64,000 bases of DNA from Gammaproteobacteria bacterium (GCA_963422205.2 CAXMWX010000001.1:96001-160000), one strand, 5' to 3'; counted from the stretch's first letter, positions 25,683 through 36,108 are shown. Notes: generated by a model from the sequence alone, not told the origin. Made by a program: numbers and translations.

Positions 25683-26555
25683 TCAGCGGTTTTTCAGCCT
25701 CTGTCGGCCAGTCCAGTCGCTGGCAAACTGCCAGGCACTTCTGCCACTTCGGGAGCCCCTCTCCAGCGCCCATTGTAATGCGGCCTGTCGGGTTTGCGCG
25801 TTATCCCCATCTTCTGCCCCGAGTTTTTTTAACCAGTGCTGGCAGATGGTCAGAAATTGTTGTTGATTAAACGGCTCAAATGACAGCCAGAGCCCGAATC
25901 GCTCAGACAGGGACAGCTTCTCTTCCAGCGACTCATGCAAATGAATCTCACCATCCAGCATCTCTGAATGCGTATTTTCCGCCATGTATTCCGGGAGCAG
26001 GTGCCGCCGATTGGAGGTGGCGTAAATGAGCATGTTTTCCGGCAGCTGGCTGATGCTGCCATCCAGTAACACCTTTAATGATTTGTAGCCAATCTCATTC
26101 GGTGCAAAAGACAAATCATCACAGAACAGGATAAAACGTTGGTTCGCACCGCTAATTGACCGGCACAGCGTGGGCAAATCCTGCACATCATCCCGTCCAA
26201 CTTCTATCAACACCAGATCAGAATCGCCGTATTGCATCACCAGCGACTTCACCAGCGAGGACTTGCCGGTGCCTCTCGGCCCGCACAGCAGCACGTGATT
26301 GGCGGGCAGGCCATGCAGAAACTGCCGGGTGTTATTGAGCAGGGTCTGCTTCTGTCTATCAATACATAATAGATCCGCTGGTTGCAGGCGGTTATCCGGC
26401 GTCACGGTTTCGAAATACTGGCACCAGCCCGTGTGCTGCCAGCGCATGGCCGGTGGCACAGGCTGAGGCAATGCAATCGCCGGGGATGGGATTAACAACT
26501 CAATTCGATCAAGCAGCTTCTCAAGACGGGCAAGCAGGTTGTCCGTGTCAGCCAT
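25683..26555 (-). CDS. DUF815-family AAA+ ATPase
   Basis: Walker A GPRGTGKSS, FCDDLSF, YATSNRRHL, SLSERFGLWLSF, RSGRSAWQF. Confidence 0.9.
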   Translation of the reverse strand: MADTDNLLARLEKLLDRIELLIPSPAIALPQPVPPAMRWQHTGWCQYFETVTPDNRLQPADLLCIDRQKQTLLNNTRQFLHGLPANHVLLCGPRGTGKSSLVKSLVMQYGDSDLVLIEVGRDDVQDLPTLCRSISGANQRFILFCDDLSFAPNEIGYKSLKVLLDGSISQLPENMLIYATSNRRHLLPEYMAENTHSEMLDGEIHLHESLEEKLSLSERFGLWLSFEPFNQQQFLTICQHWLKKLGAEDGDNAQTRQAALQWALERGSRSGRSAWQFASDWTGRQRLKNR

Positions 26556-26912
26556 GTCATGTATAAGGCCAGTCAAACATGGTGGCATTATACGATGCAG
26601 GCCGTGTTTAACAAGCCGACGACCGGCCGCCCTGGCAGATGCCGGTTTTTATTTATGGCGAGAAGGTGTACCCTCGATTCGTATTTTGGCATCTGCTTAT
26701 CTGCTGCATGATGCGTAAGACTATCGGCAGCAGCGAGTACAGGTTGTGGCGGTGTGGCGGCTTGTGTAAAATTCTGCTCATGCCATAGTCGGTATATATT
26801 TACCCGTGATTTCAATCCGTTGGTAATCAATCGGCGTTTAGCCCCCGGCCAGGAGATGACGCAAGAGGGGGTCGCCATCCTGCACTTCTAACATCCGGGG
26901 AGATTAAGAGTT

Positions 26913-28166
26913 ATGTTTACTAAAACGATGTCAATCGCAGAGTTTGATCCCGACTTATGGTCGGCCATGGAAGGTGAGCGCCGTCGGCAGGAAGAACATA
27001 TCGAACTCATCGCCTCTGAAAACAATGCCAGCCCCCGGGTGTTGCAGGCCCAGGGATCGGTGTTGACCAACAAGTATGCCGAGGGGTATCCGGGCAAGCG
27101 GTATTACGGCGGCTGTGAGTATGTTGATGTGGTTGAACAACTGGCGATTGACCGGGCGAAGCAGCTTTTTGCGGCTGATTATGCGAATGTGCAGCCGCAT
27201 TCCGGCTCTCAGGCGAATGGGGCTGTCTACCATGCCTTGTGTGAGCCGGGCGATACCATCATGGGCATGAGCCTGGCGCACGGCGGCCACTTAACGCACG
27301 GGGCGGCGGTCAATGTGTCTGGCCGTATCTATAATGCCATTCAATATGGCCTGGATGAGCAGACCGGCGAGATTGATTATGAGCAGGTGGAACGGCTGGC
27401 GCTGGAACACAAACCGAAATTGATCATGACCGGTTTCTCCGCTTATTCAAGAAAAGTCGACTGGCAGCGTTTCCGGGACATCGCCGATCATGTGGGTGCT
27501 TACATGGTTTCTGATATTGCCCATGTGGCTGGCCTGGTGGCCAGCGGTGACTATCCCAGCCCGGTGCAGATTGCCGATGTCACCACCACCACCACCCACA
27601 AAACACTACGCGGCCCGCGCTCTGGTCTTATCCTGGCCAAGGCCAATGAGGAGCTTGAGAAGAAGATCAATTTTCTTGTCTTCCCGGCCTACCAGGGCGG
27701 CCCGTTAATGCACATCATTGCGGCCAAGGCGGTGGCATTTAAGGAAGCCATGCAGCCTGAGTTCAAGACCTATCAGCAGCAGGTGGTAAAAAATGCACGC
27801 AAAATGGCCGAGGTGTTTATCGCCCGAGGGATTGACATTGTCTCTGGCGGCACGGACAACCACCTGTTCCTGGTCGATTTGATCAGCAAGGGCATCACCG
27901 GTAAAGCACTGGATGCTGCACTGGATAAAGCGCATATCACGGTCAACAAGAATGCCGTGCCCGGCGATCCTCAGTCACCTTTCGTGACCAGCGGTATTCG
28001 TATCGGCACCCCGTCAATTACGACTCGAGGATTCACCGAGCAGCAGGCGGGCGAGGTGGCGGGCTGGATAACCGATATCATCGAGAACATGGACGATGCG
28101 GCTGTGCATGATCAGGTCTGTGCCAAGGTCAAGGCGCTGTGCGAGCAGTACCCTATGTATGAGTAA
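26913..28166 (+). CDS. glyA: Serine hydroxymethyltransferase
   Basis: [42 protein letters not shown]. Confidence 0.99.
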   Translation: MFTKTMSIAEFDPDLWSAMEGERRRQEEHIELIASENNASPRVLQAQGSVLTNKYAEGYPGKRYYGGCEYVDVVEQLAIDRAKQLFAADYANVQPHSGSQANGAVYHALCEPGDTIMGMSLAHGGHLTHGAAVNVSGRIYNAIQYGLDEQTGEIDYEQVERLALEHKPKLIMTGFSAYSRKVDWQRFRDIADHVGAYMVSDIAHVAGLVASGDYPSPVQIADVTTTTTHKTLRGPRSGLILAKANEELEKKINFLVFPAYQGGPLMHIIAAKAVAFKEAMQPEFKTYQQQVVKNARKMAEVFIARGIDIVSGGTDNHLFLVDLISKGITGKALDAALDKAHITVNKNAVPGDPQSPFVTSGIRIGTPSITTRGFTEQQAGEVAGWITDIIENMDDAAVHDQVCAKVKALCEQYPMYE

Positions 28167-28273
28167 AAACCGGCGATGACAGCAGGCGGCTATAGCGCGG
28201 TGCTTTGTCAAGACAGATTGCAGGCAAGGCGATAACTGAATAAACACTGATAGCGTGGAGGGGTGCATTAATT

Positions 28274-28786
28274 ATGCGCTGTCCTTTTTGCTCCTGCATG
28301 GAGACCAAGGTGGTTGACTCACGGCTGGCCGGTGAAGGCGAGCAGATTCGCCGCCGCCGGGCGTGTCTTGAATGCAAGGAAAGATTCACCAGCTATGAAT
28401 CGGCCGAGTTGAACTTCCCCCGGATCATAAAAGCAGACGGTCGGCGTGAGCAGTTCATGGAAGAGAAGCTGCGTGCCGGCATCCTGCATGCACTGGAGAA
28501 ACGGCCGGTCGAGATGGAGAAGGTGGAAACAGCGGTCTCGCATATCAAACATAAATTGCGTGCGCTGGGTGAGCGGGAGGTCGCTTCGGGCACGATAGGT
28601 GACTGGGTTATCCACGATTTGCGTAACATTGATCAGGTCGCCTATGTCCGTTTTGTTTCAGTCTACCGCAGCTTTGAAGATGTCAAGGCGTTTCTGGAGG
28701 AGATTGAACGGCTGGAGAATGAGTTGCCGCCGGAGTTAAAGGAAAACCAGCTTGATTTGCCGATTGATGAGCATGGTGACAGTTGA
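28274..28786 (+). CDS. nrdR: Transcriptional repressor NrdR
   Basis: MRCPFC...VVDSR...[10 protein letters not shown] zinc ribbon, ATP cone, AYVRFVSVY. Confidence 0.98.
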   Translation: MRCPFCSCMETKVVDSRLAGEGEQIRRRRACLECKERFTSYESAELNFPRIIKADGRREQFMEEKLRAGILHALEKRPVEMEKVETAVSHIKHKLRALGEREVASGTIGDWVIHDLRNIDQVAYVRFVSVYRSFEDVKAFLEEIERLENELPPELKENQLDLPIDEHGDS

Positions 28787-29901
28787 ACTGGACGGAGCTG
28801 GATGTCAGGTTCATGTCCCGTGCCGTCGAACTGGCTGAACTCGGGCGCTACACCTGCCAGCCTAATCCCCGTGTTGGCTGTGTGTTTGCCCGGCATGATG
28901 CCAGCCTGGCCGAAGGCTGGCACCGGAAGACGGGCGGGCCGCACGCTGAAATTGAGGCGATCCGCTCGGCCACGTCCTCTCTGGCGGGCAGTTGTTGTTA
29001 TGTCACGCTGGAGCCCTGCAATCATACCGGCAGGACACCCGCCTGCACCGAATCGTTAATGGCGGCTGGTGTGTCCAGGGTGGTGGTGCCGATGCCGGAC
29101 CCGAACCCGCTGGTCGCCGGCAGAGGCATAGATACGTTGCGCCGGGCCGGTATTCAGGTGGATGTCGGTCTGCTGGCTGGTGAGGCCGCCCAGCTTAACC
29201 GCGGCTTTATCAGCAGGATGCAGCACCAGCGTCCGTTCATCACCTGCAAGCTGGCGATCAGCCTGGATGGTAAGGTCGCGCTGGCCAGCGGCGCAAGCCA
29301 ATGGATTACCGGCGAGGCGGCGAGGCTGGATGTGCAGCGCCTGCGGGCCTCCAGCTCGGCGGTGATGACGGGGATCAACACGGTCTTGGCCGATGATCCG
29401 AAGTTGAACGTCAGGCAAGTCGATACCGCCGGCCGTCAGCCGTTGCGGGTGGTGCTGGATAGAGGATTCAGGTTGCCGCCCGCCGCCCGCCTGTTGTCCC
29501 TGCCGGGGCAGAGCATTGTCATGGGGCAGGCGCATAAGGCCAGCGCCAGGCGGGTGCTGGAAGAGGCGGGTGCGATCATCGAGTGTATTGATGCCGGGCG
29601 GGCCGGGTTTATGCCTCGCTGCCTGGCGTTATTGGCAGAGAAATATCAGGTCAATGACTTATTGGTGGAAGCCGGGCCGACTCTCTCCGGCGCCCTGCTG
29701 CAAGCCGACCTGGTTGATGAGTTGCATGTCTACCAAAGCCCTTGCCTGCTGGGGCCTGATGCGCTTGATATGATAAACCTTGAACCGCTGACAGACATGC
29801 AGGAGCGTCTACGCCTGGAATTAATACATGAGGCAATGTTTGCAGAAGATAGAAAGCTGGTTTTCAGGCTACACAAGAAGATCAGACCGGTGCCATCGTG
29901 A
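28783..29901 (+). CDS. ribD: Bifunctional riboflavin deaminase/reductase
   Basis: [31 protein letters not shown]...SQWIT, VEAGPTL. Confidence 0.97.
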   Translation: MNWTELDVRFMSRAVELAELGRYTCQPNPRVGCVFARHDASLAEGWHRKTGGPHAEIEAIRSATSSLAGSCCYVTLEPCNHTGRTPACTESLMAAGVSRVVVPMPDPNPLVAGRGIDTLRRAGIQVDVGLLAGEAAQLNRGFISRMQHQRPFITCKLAISLDGKVALASGASQWITGEAARLDVQRLRASSSAVMTGINTVLADDPKLNVRQVDTAGRQPLRVVLDRGFRLPPAARLLSLPGQSIVMGQAHKASARRVLEEAGAIIECIDAGRAGFMPRCLALLAEKYQVNDLLVEAGPTLSGALLQADLVDELHVYQSPCLLGPDALDMINLEPLTDMQERLRLELIHEAMFAEDRKLVFRLHKKIRPVPS

Positions 29902-30323
29902 CGATGAGAAAAAAAACAGCACATGCACGTTCAAGGGCAAGGCGGAATGCGGTACAGGCATTGTACCAGTGGCAGCTTAACCGGGCAGCGATTGAAACCA
30001 TCATGGCGGAATTCGAAACCGATAGAACAGAATTGCAAAGAGCGGACAAAGCCTATTTCAAGGTGCTTGTGCTGGGCAGTGTAAACCATGCAGCCGAGCT
30101 TGAGCAGGCATTACGCTCCCATTTGGATCGAGAGATCAACCAGCTTGATCCGGTTGAACGGGCGATATTGACCCTGGGGGCGTATGAACTCACCTATCAA
30201 ACGGATTTATCCATCCCTGTCATCATCAATGAATCCGTTGAGTTGGCGAAGCTGTTTGGGGCGGCGGAGTCGTATAAATATGTCAATGGTGTGTTGGATA
30301 AGCTGGCGAATGTTGTTCGCTGA
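29898..30323 (+). CDS. nusB: Transcription antitermination factor NusB
   Basis: RSRARRNAVQALYQW, LDPVERAIL, INESVELAKLFG, YVNGVLD. Confidence 0.97.
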   Translation: MTMRKKTAHARSRARRNAVQALYQWQLNRAAIETIMAEFETDRTELQRADKAYFKVLVLGSVNHAAELEQALRSHLDREINQLDPVERAILTLGAYELTYQTDLSIPVIINESVELAKLFGAAESYKYVNGVLDKLANVVR

Positions 30324-30337
30324 GGCGGGGTGCGGCC

Positions 30338-31285
30338 TTGCATGAGTTCGACGTCATAGCACAGTATTTCAGCGGGATCATGAACCCGCAGGATGATGCC
30401 GTGCTGTGCGGTCCGGGCGATGATGCGGCGGTTATTGCGATTGATGATGAACATGCCCTGCTTGTGGCCACCGACACGTTTATCCAGGGTGTGCATTTTC
30501 CCGAAGACACGCCAGCGTTTGCCGTGGGTTATAAATCGCTGGCGGTTAATTTAAGTGATATGGCGGCGATGGCGGCCGAGCCACGCTGGTGTACGCTGGC
30601 GATCACATTACCAGAGACCTGTCGGTGCGATGCCTGGCTGCGGGATTTTCGCCGCGGGTTTCATGCCCTGGCCAGCCAGCATGGCGTATCGCTGATCGGC
30701 GGTGATACCTGTGCTGGCGCCGGGCTGGCGGTTACCGTGCAGATACTCGGCACGGCACCGCCTGAGCAGATCATCTATCGTGCTGGCGCCAGGGCGGGTG
30801 ATACGCTGTATGTCACGGGTGAGCTGGGTACGGCGGCCTATGCGTTAAGCCAATTACAGGCGGGCAGGGAAATCGACACCGCCCTTCGGGATAGTTTATA
30901 CCAGCCTGAGCCGCAGGTTGCGCTGGGCTTGAGTCTGCGTCATAAGGCCACGGCCATGATCGACATCTCTGATGGCCTGCTGGCGGATGTGCAGCATATC
31001 CTCAAGGCCAGCGAGGTGGGCGCCGTCATTCAGTTGGCTGATATTCCTCTCCATCCTGCCCTGAAACAGGCCATGCCTGCACAGGAATTGTGGCAGCATG
31101 TCCTAAATGGCGGTGATGATTATCAACTTTGTTTCACTTCTGCTCTATCAGCATCAATGTTATCAGCCAGGCTGGATGCCCCGGTGTTTGACATTGGCTG
31201 GGTGGTGCCGGGCGATGAGGTTCGGCTTATCCAGCAAGATGGCACTGACATGCAGGCGGAGGTGGCGGGTTTTCAGCATTTCTGA
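30338..31285 (+). CDS. thiL: Thiamine-monophosphate kinase
   Basis: EFDVIAQYF, GDDAA, NLSDMAAM, IGGDT, IDISDGL, GGDDYQL. Confidence 0.96.
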   Translation: MHEFDVIAQYFSGIMNPQDDAVLCGPGDDAAVIAIDDEHALLVATDTFIQGVHFPEDTPAFAVGYKSLAVNLSDMAAMAAEPRWCTLAITLPETCRCDAWLRDFRRGFHALASQHGVSLIGGDTCAGAGLAVTVQILGTAPPEQIIYRAGARAGDTLYVTGELGTAAYALSQLQAGREIDTALRDSLYQPEPQVALGLSLRHKATAMIDISDGLLADVQHILKASEVGAVIQLADIPLHPALKQAMPAQELWQHVLNGGDDYQLCFTSALSASMLSARLDAPVFDIGWVVPGDEVRLIQQDGTDMQAEVAGFQHF

Positions 31286-31370
31286 ACCCGGCAGTGGGCG
31301 GGCGCTATCATGTGCGGTAATGGTGGCCACCGGGGTTGGGGATGATGGCACAGCGTTCTCAGGGCGGGCG

Positions 31371-31973
31371 TTACAGATTGATGTAACCAGCCTGATTCAG
31401 GCGTTGGATCTCATCCGGCGCAAAGGGAACGGACTCAATAAAAGCAGGCACTTCCTGTCGGCTGATCTGGAATTGATTCAGCGATGCCTGGCAGATCTTA
31501 AGATCAATCACGTTGATCGCATCCAGCCTGGCGGCCAGATCAATCAGTTTTTTGTTAGCCGGGTACTGACTTTGTTTAAATAGCTTGATGCTCGGCCCGT
31601 GTATGACCATAGTGACCGCCAGATCAGCAAAGTCATCCAGTCTGTGGCGTGCAATTTCGTCAGCCCGTTGCAGCAGGTCTTCCAACTCAGCGACTGAATG
31701 CTCATCCACAACATACAGGTATTGCCGGTTATCCAGCCTGATCGAGTTTGGCTCGCTTTGCATCGGCGCTGTATAGGCCGCCGCTCCAGTTAATGCGGGC
31801 AACCCTTCGGCGGGCGGTAGTTCCTCTTGCGTACTGATAACAGCAGGCGCATTGTCCGTATCCATGAGATAAGGGAGTCCTTTGTCATACGCAAACAGCG
31901 ACAGGCAGATCAGCAGGGCGATGGCAAGACCTGCCCGCAGGCCGCTGCTTAAATATCGAATCTCCCATGCCAT
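31371..31973 (-). CDS. Membrane-anchored protein with a DsrE-like domain
   Basis: N-terminal hydrophobic helix, then VTMVIHGP...DLKICQASL...VPFAPDEIQRL, resembling the DsrE/DsrF-like fold with a single Cys. Confidence 0.6.
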   Translation of the reverse strand: MAWEIRYLSSGLRAGLAIALLICLSLFAYDKGLPYLMDTDNAPAVISTQEELPPAEGLPALTGAAAYTAPMQSEPNSIRLDNRQYLYVVDEHSVAELEDLLQRADEIARHRLDDFADLAVTMVIHGPSIKLFKQSQYPANKKLIDLAARLDAINVIDLKICQASLNQFQISRQEVPAFIESVPFAPDEIQRLNQAGYINL

Positions 31974-32011
31974 GCGGACATTCTAGCATACAGATGACGC
32001 TAATACTTGCC

Positions 32012-32950
32012 CTATAGTTTGATGAGCCAGTCACACAGCGAAACCATCTGTTCCTCATTGGTTAAGTTGGCTCCATTTGAAAGCGTACCCTCATGGAGTT
32101 GCTGGTATATCTCTTTTGCCATGGCCTTTTCAATCGCAGCGCCAATAAAAAATGTTTTAGGCTGGAGACCTTTTGCAGAAAATGCCGAGTTTGCCGTTTT
32201 CCAGTGCTCATCGGCTCCTGCTGGATCAATACCGCCTTTTAGTTCTCCCAAAGCAAGATATTTTTCTGGTTTATGATGCGCTGAATTCTTATTTTTTCCA
32301 AAAATTATCTCATTGGGTGAGCAGGCAAATAGACACAGATCAACATTCTTTTTTACTGTTGGTACCGTTAAGTTGTAAATCAAGGTTCTTGCATTGCTAT
32401 TAGACAGCCAATGTAAACCTCTAATTCGCTTCTCTATATCTGGTTCAGGCTTGGGGCTAAACCATTTTTTTGCCTTTGAGTCATAATACTCAAAATCTAT
32501 CCCACTTATGGCGCAAGTAGATATAAGCATCCTTGAAAATTTCCATTCTCCCAAAGCACCGGCCAAATTTCTCATACTGCCTCCAAGTGAATCACCCCTG
32601 GTAAGTAAGAAACGATAAACCAGTTCATCTATAAAAAATTTGCCGGAAGGTTTCAGGAAATTTTTGATTAGGCTTTGTATGGCCGCTTGTTTATCTGCTT
32701 CTCGCAGGTGATTCTTAGCTTTGTCAGAAATTCCTGATGCAGTCAGTAAAGAATTTCTGATTTCACTTATTTGCAGTAAATCCTTTGGTGTTTTTGCCTT
32801 TAACGCAAATACCCTGAGTGCGTTAGCCTCCTCAACAAAAGGGGTTGCTTTTCTATTTTTTTCTAATGCTAAAGCAATGAAGCCTACCCGTATTTCTCCA
32901 TAAGGGGTGATCAGGTTTTTATAAGATTTCAGATGGTCATTGAATGGCAT
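32012..32950 (-). CDS. Type II restriction endonuclease, AvaI/BsoBI family (family target CYCGRG); possibly impaired
   Basis: GFIALALEKNRKATPFV, YRFLLTRGDSLGGSMRN, KNVDLCL and GELKGGIDPAGADEHWKTA match the AvaI/BsoBI family as recalled. DNA is AT-rich. Confidence 0.9.
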   Translation of the reverse strand: MPFNDHLKSYKNLITPYGEIRVGFIALALEKNRKATPFVEEANALRVFALKAKTPKDLLQISEIRNSLLTASGISDKAKNHLREADKQAAIQSLIKNFLKPSGKFFIDELVYRFLLTRGDSLGGSMRNLAGALGEWKFSRMLISTCAISGIDFEYYDSKAKKWFSPKPEPDIEKRIRGLHWLSNSNARTLIYNLTVPTVKKNVDLCLFACSPNEIIFGKNKNSAHHKPEKYLALGELKGGIDPAGADEHWKTANSAFSAKGLQPKTFFIGAAIEKAMAKEIYQQLHEGTLSNGANLTNEEQMVSLCDWLIKL

Positions 32951-34402
32951 TTAGGCTCTTTTTTTCCAGACACAGACACATTTTCTTAGTGCGGTTCGTC
33001 CATGTTTACCCATTTGTTGAGAGCTATTGCCTTTACCCTGAGGCAGGACAAGAATATTTTCTACTCGAAACCCTGTGGTTTCAGCGATTTTTGACAGTAG
33101 GGTATCTACGGATATCGCTGCACCGGCATATCGGACATTGTCATTGACCATAAACATCAAGCCACCTTTATCCAAAACCCGATAGCATTCCTGGATGACA
33201 CAACTCATTTCATAGAAATAACCTCTCACCATGCGGGCTATACCGCTATTATTCAATTCTTTTTGCTCCTTCTTATAATCCAGGTAATTCAATATTTTCT
33301 GCAAGAGCGGTAAACCATCGCAAATATCAATGGCTTTTTTCCACTCGTTGTTAAAATCGGTCAGTTTTTTTGCTCTATTTTCTACGGTACAACTTAGCAG
33401 AGCTTGCCTTAATCCCATCAACTCGGCTTCATTGATTCCAAGTATGGCGTGTTCTAACGCATAAGTGCGCGTATAGTCATAGCGGTTGCAGTAAGGCGGG
33501 GAGGTGATTATCCCAGAGTAAGCATCACGTTCTAATTGAGGAAGAATATCCAGGCATGAGCCTTTGAATAAACGAATATCGCCCGCGCGCACCTCCCTGT
33601 GTAAAAAAGTAAACAGATCATTTTTATCGTCACAACGATTGATGTCCTGCTTGATTTCATGGAGCTTTTCTATAATCGCCTCATCAAACGGCAAAATGGC
33701 ACCTTTGTCAAAAGGGGTTTTGCCATTCCTTCGTCCAGACCGGTAATCCCAACGCAGGTATTGTCCATCCTTCCTCGTATAGCTGATTGACTCCAGGATA
33801 CATAACAGCGCAAATAATAATAGCTCTTTTGTGTCTATGGATTCATGTTCCAGCTCATGCAGGTATCTTCCTATTTTGCCCTGCGTCTCTGACGAATAGG
33901 CGCCCTTCGTGATGCGAAGCACGGCAAAATCTTTCATTGGACCTTGGGTATTCCAGGGTTTTTCAAGCAACCAGTTGTCTAAGCCAGCAATAATATTTTG
34001 TTTAGTCGCCCCCCTTGCCAGAATATTCGCATTGATGATTCTCTGGCCCACGGGCAAAACCTCAATGCCATCTGCATCATAACCCAAAGAAGAAGACACA
34101 AATAAAGACGTACCCGTTCCAGCGAACGGATCAAGCACCCTGCCTTGGTTCACACGATAGTTATGCAGAAGGTACTCAACTAACTCGGCAGAAAAGGCTT
34201 CCTTGTGTTTATACCATCTGTAGTAGGCACGCCCCTTATTCGCCTGGAAACTGACCAGCTTTCTGGTTAAGGCACTATCCGTGACTAAGGCACTGGAAAA
34301 ATATTCTGTTGACGATTTATCCAGCGCTGTTATTTCTCTAAAAAAAGTACCATCCTTTGCCATGCTGGAACTTTCGTCCTTCTCAACGGCGTTAAATGGC
34401 AT
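32951..34402 (-). CDS. N4-cytosine DNA methyltransferase (alpha motif order), cognate of the adjacent nuclease
   Basis: Motif I VLDPFAGTGT precedes motif IV ITSPPY. Its stop directly abuts the nuclease ATG. Start is more likely 34402 than 34483, which overlaps the fumarase gene. Confidence 0.9.
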   Translation of the reverse strand: MPFNAVEKDESSSMAKDGTFFREITALDKSSTEYFSSALVTDSALTRKLVSFQANKGRAYYRWYKHKEAFSAELVEYLLHNYRVNQGRVLDPFAGTGTSLFVSSSLGYDADGIEVLPVGQRIINANILARGATKQNIIAGLDNWLLEKPWNTQGPMKDFAVLRITKGAYSSETQGKIGRYLHELEHESIDTKELLLFALLCILESISYTRKDGQYLRWDYRSGRRNGKTPFDKGAILPFDEAIIEKLHEIKQDINRCDDKNDLFTFLHREVRAGDIRLFKGSCLDILPQLERDAYSGIITSPPYCNRYDYTRTYALEHAILGINEAELMGLRQALLSCTVENRAKKLTDFNNEWKKAIDICDGLPLLQKILNYLDYKKEQKELNNSGIARMVRGYFYEMSCVIQECYRVLDKGGLMFMVNDNVRYAGAAISVDTLLSKIAETTGFRVENILVLPQGKGNSSQQMGKHGRTALRKCVCVWKKRA

Positions 34403-34434
34403 GTTGAAAATATTATCCCTGGGCAGTACAACGG

Positions 34435-35964
34435 CTATGTGGTCGAGGCGGCGGTACGTTTTTTTATGATGATCTCCTGCCACTTTGCCGGGCCGCTCTG
34501 ATGCACTGAATTGCCAGTAGCATCAACAGCCACGGTCACCGGCATGTCCTTGACCTCAAATTCATGTATGGCCTCCATGCCCAATTCTGGAAAAGCGACC
34601 ACTCTGGCGGCGGTGATGGCCTTGGAGACCAGGTAAGCGGCGCCCCCCACCGCCATTAAATACACCGCCCCGTGTTTTTTGATGGCCTCTATGGCGACCG
34701 GGCCGCGCTCGGCCTTGCCGATCATGCCGATCAAGCCAGTGCTCTCCAGCATGAATTCGGTGAACTTGTCCATGCGCGTTGCCGTTGTTGGGCCGGCCGG
34801 GCCAACGACTTCTTCCCGGACGGCATCCACCGGGCCAACGTAATAGATGAATCTGTTGCGTAGATCAACCCCCTCCGGCAGCGGCTCGCCGTTATCCAGC
34901 AGGTCTTTGATGCGCTTGTGCGCCGCATCCCGCCCGGTGAGTAATTTTCCGGACAGCAGCAGGGTCTCACCGCTCTGCCAGTCCGCGATGCTGGCCTTGT
35001 TGAGTTCATCTAAGTTGACTCGGCGGGAACCCGCACCGGCATCCCAACTGATCTGCGGCCAGTCATCCACATCCGGCGGGCTTTGCCGGGCCGGGCCGGT
35101 GCCATCCAGGGTGAAGTGGGCATGGCGGGTGGCCGCACAGTTCGGGATGAGGCCAACCGGCAGCGAAGCGGCATGGGTCGGGCAGTCCAGGATCTTGACA
35201 TCCAGCACAGTGGTCAGGCCGCCCAGCCCCTGGGCGCCAATACCCAGATCATTGACCGCATGGTAGATGTCCAGCCGCAACTCTTCAATGCGATTTTGGG
35301 GGCCGCGCTGTTGCAGTTGCTGGATATCAATAGCGGCCAGCAAGGACTCCTTGGCCAACACGGCGGCCTTCTCGGCCGTGCCGCCGATGCCAATCCCCAG
35401 GATCCCCGGCGGACACCAGCCAGCGCCCAGGGTCGGGACTGTCCGCACCACCCAGTCAACGATGTCATCGCTGGGGTTCAGCATCACCAGCCTGGCCTTG
35501 TTCTCCGAACCGCCACCTTTGGCCGCCACATGTACTTCAACCTTATCTCCGGGGACGAGCTCGGTATGAATCACCGCCGGGGTATTATCGCCGGTATTCT
35601 TTCGGCTGCCCGCCGGGTCGCTCAGGATGGATGGGCGCAGCACATTGTCCGGGTGGGTATATGCCTGCCGCACGCCAGCATTGACCATCGCCGCCACACT
35701 CCTATCGGCCTCCCACTGCACCTGCATGCCGACTTTGAGAAACACGGTCACGATGCCAGTATCCTGACACATCGGACGCCTACCCATTGCACACATCCGG
35801 GAGTTCACCAGAATTTGTGCCAGCGCATCTTTGGCGGGGAGAGATTCCTCTCTCTCGTAAGCCTGGTTGACGGCCTCGATAAAATCCAGGGGGTGATAGT
35901 AAGAGATAAATTGCAGGGCATCGGCAATGCTCTCAATCATGTCTTGCTGCTTAATTATCGTCAT
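34435..35964 (-). CDS. Class I Fe-S fumarate hydratase
   Basis: RPMCQDTG, KGGGSENK, AGWCPP, NCAATRH, TGRDAAH, AGPTTATRMD. Confidence 0.95.
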   Translation of the reverse strand: MTIIKQQDMIESIADALQFISYYHPLDFIEAVNQAYEREESLPAKDALAQILVNSRMCAMGRRPMCQDTGIVTVFLKVGMQVQWEADRSVAAMVNAGVRQAYTHPDNVLRPSILSDPAGSRKNTGDNTPAVIHTELVPGDKVEVHVAAKGGGSENKARLVMLNPSDDIVDWVVRTVPTLGAGWCPPGILGIGIGGTAEKAAVLAKESLLAAIDIQQLQQRGPQNRIEELRLDIYHAVNDLGIGAQGLGGLTTVLDVKILDCPTHAASLPVGLIPNCAATRHAHFTLDGTGPARQSPPDVDDWPQISWDAGAGSRRVNLDELNKASIADWQSGETLLLSGKLLTGRDAAHKRIKDLLDNGEPLPEGVDLRNRFIYYVGPVDAVREEVVGPAGPTTATRMDKFTEFMLESTGLIGMIGKAERGPVAIEAIKKHGAVYLMAVGGAAYLVSKAITAARVVAFPELGMEAIHEFEVKDMPVTVAVDATGNSVHQSGPAKWQEIIIKKRTAASTT

Positions 35965-36108
35965 GCGATCAGAATTCTGTTGCTGGTTAAACCCCAGAGG
36001 TCATGCGTATCTTTAAGGCCATTATAAACGCAGAGCCGGTCAATAATCGAATTGAAAACAGACCCGGGTGCGCTCGTGCATCATCCATGATGCTGCCCAT
36101 GATATTAA

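Noticed and set aside
26621-26655. Hairpin plus T-tract (accggc...gccggt-tttt) in the ATPase-glyA spacer
   Set aside because: 6-bp stem with a long loop and no upstream plus-strand gene to terminate.
32004-34428. Weak inverted repeat at the RM cassette edges (tacttgccc / gggcagta)
   Set aside because: Only 8-9 bp with an indel, no target-site duplication and no transposase; compatible with chance.
34403-34483. Methyltransferase N-terminal extension overlapping the fumarase gene
   Set aside because: A longest-ORF artefact; a downstream ATG avoids the overlap.
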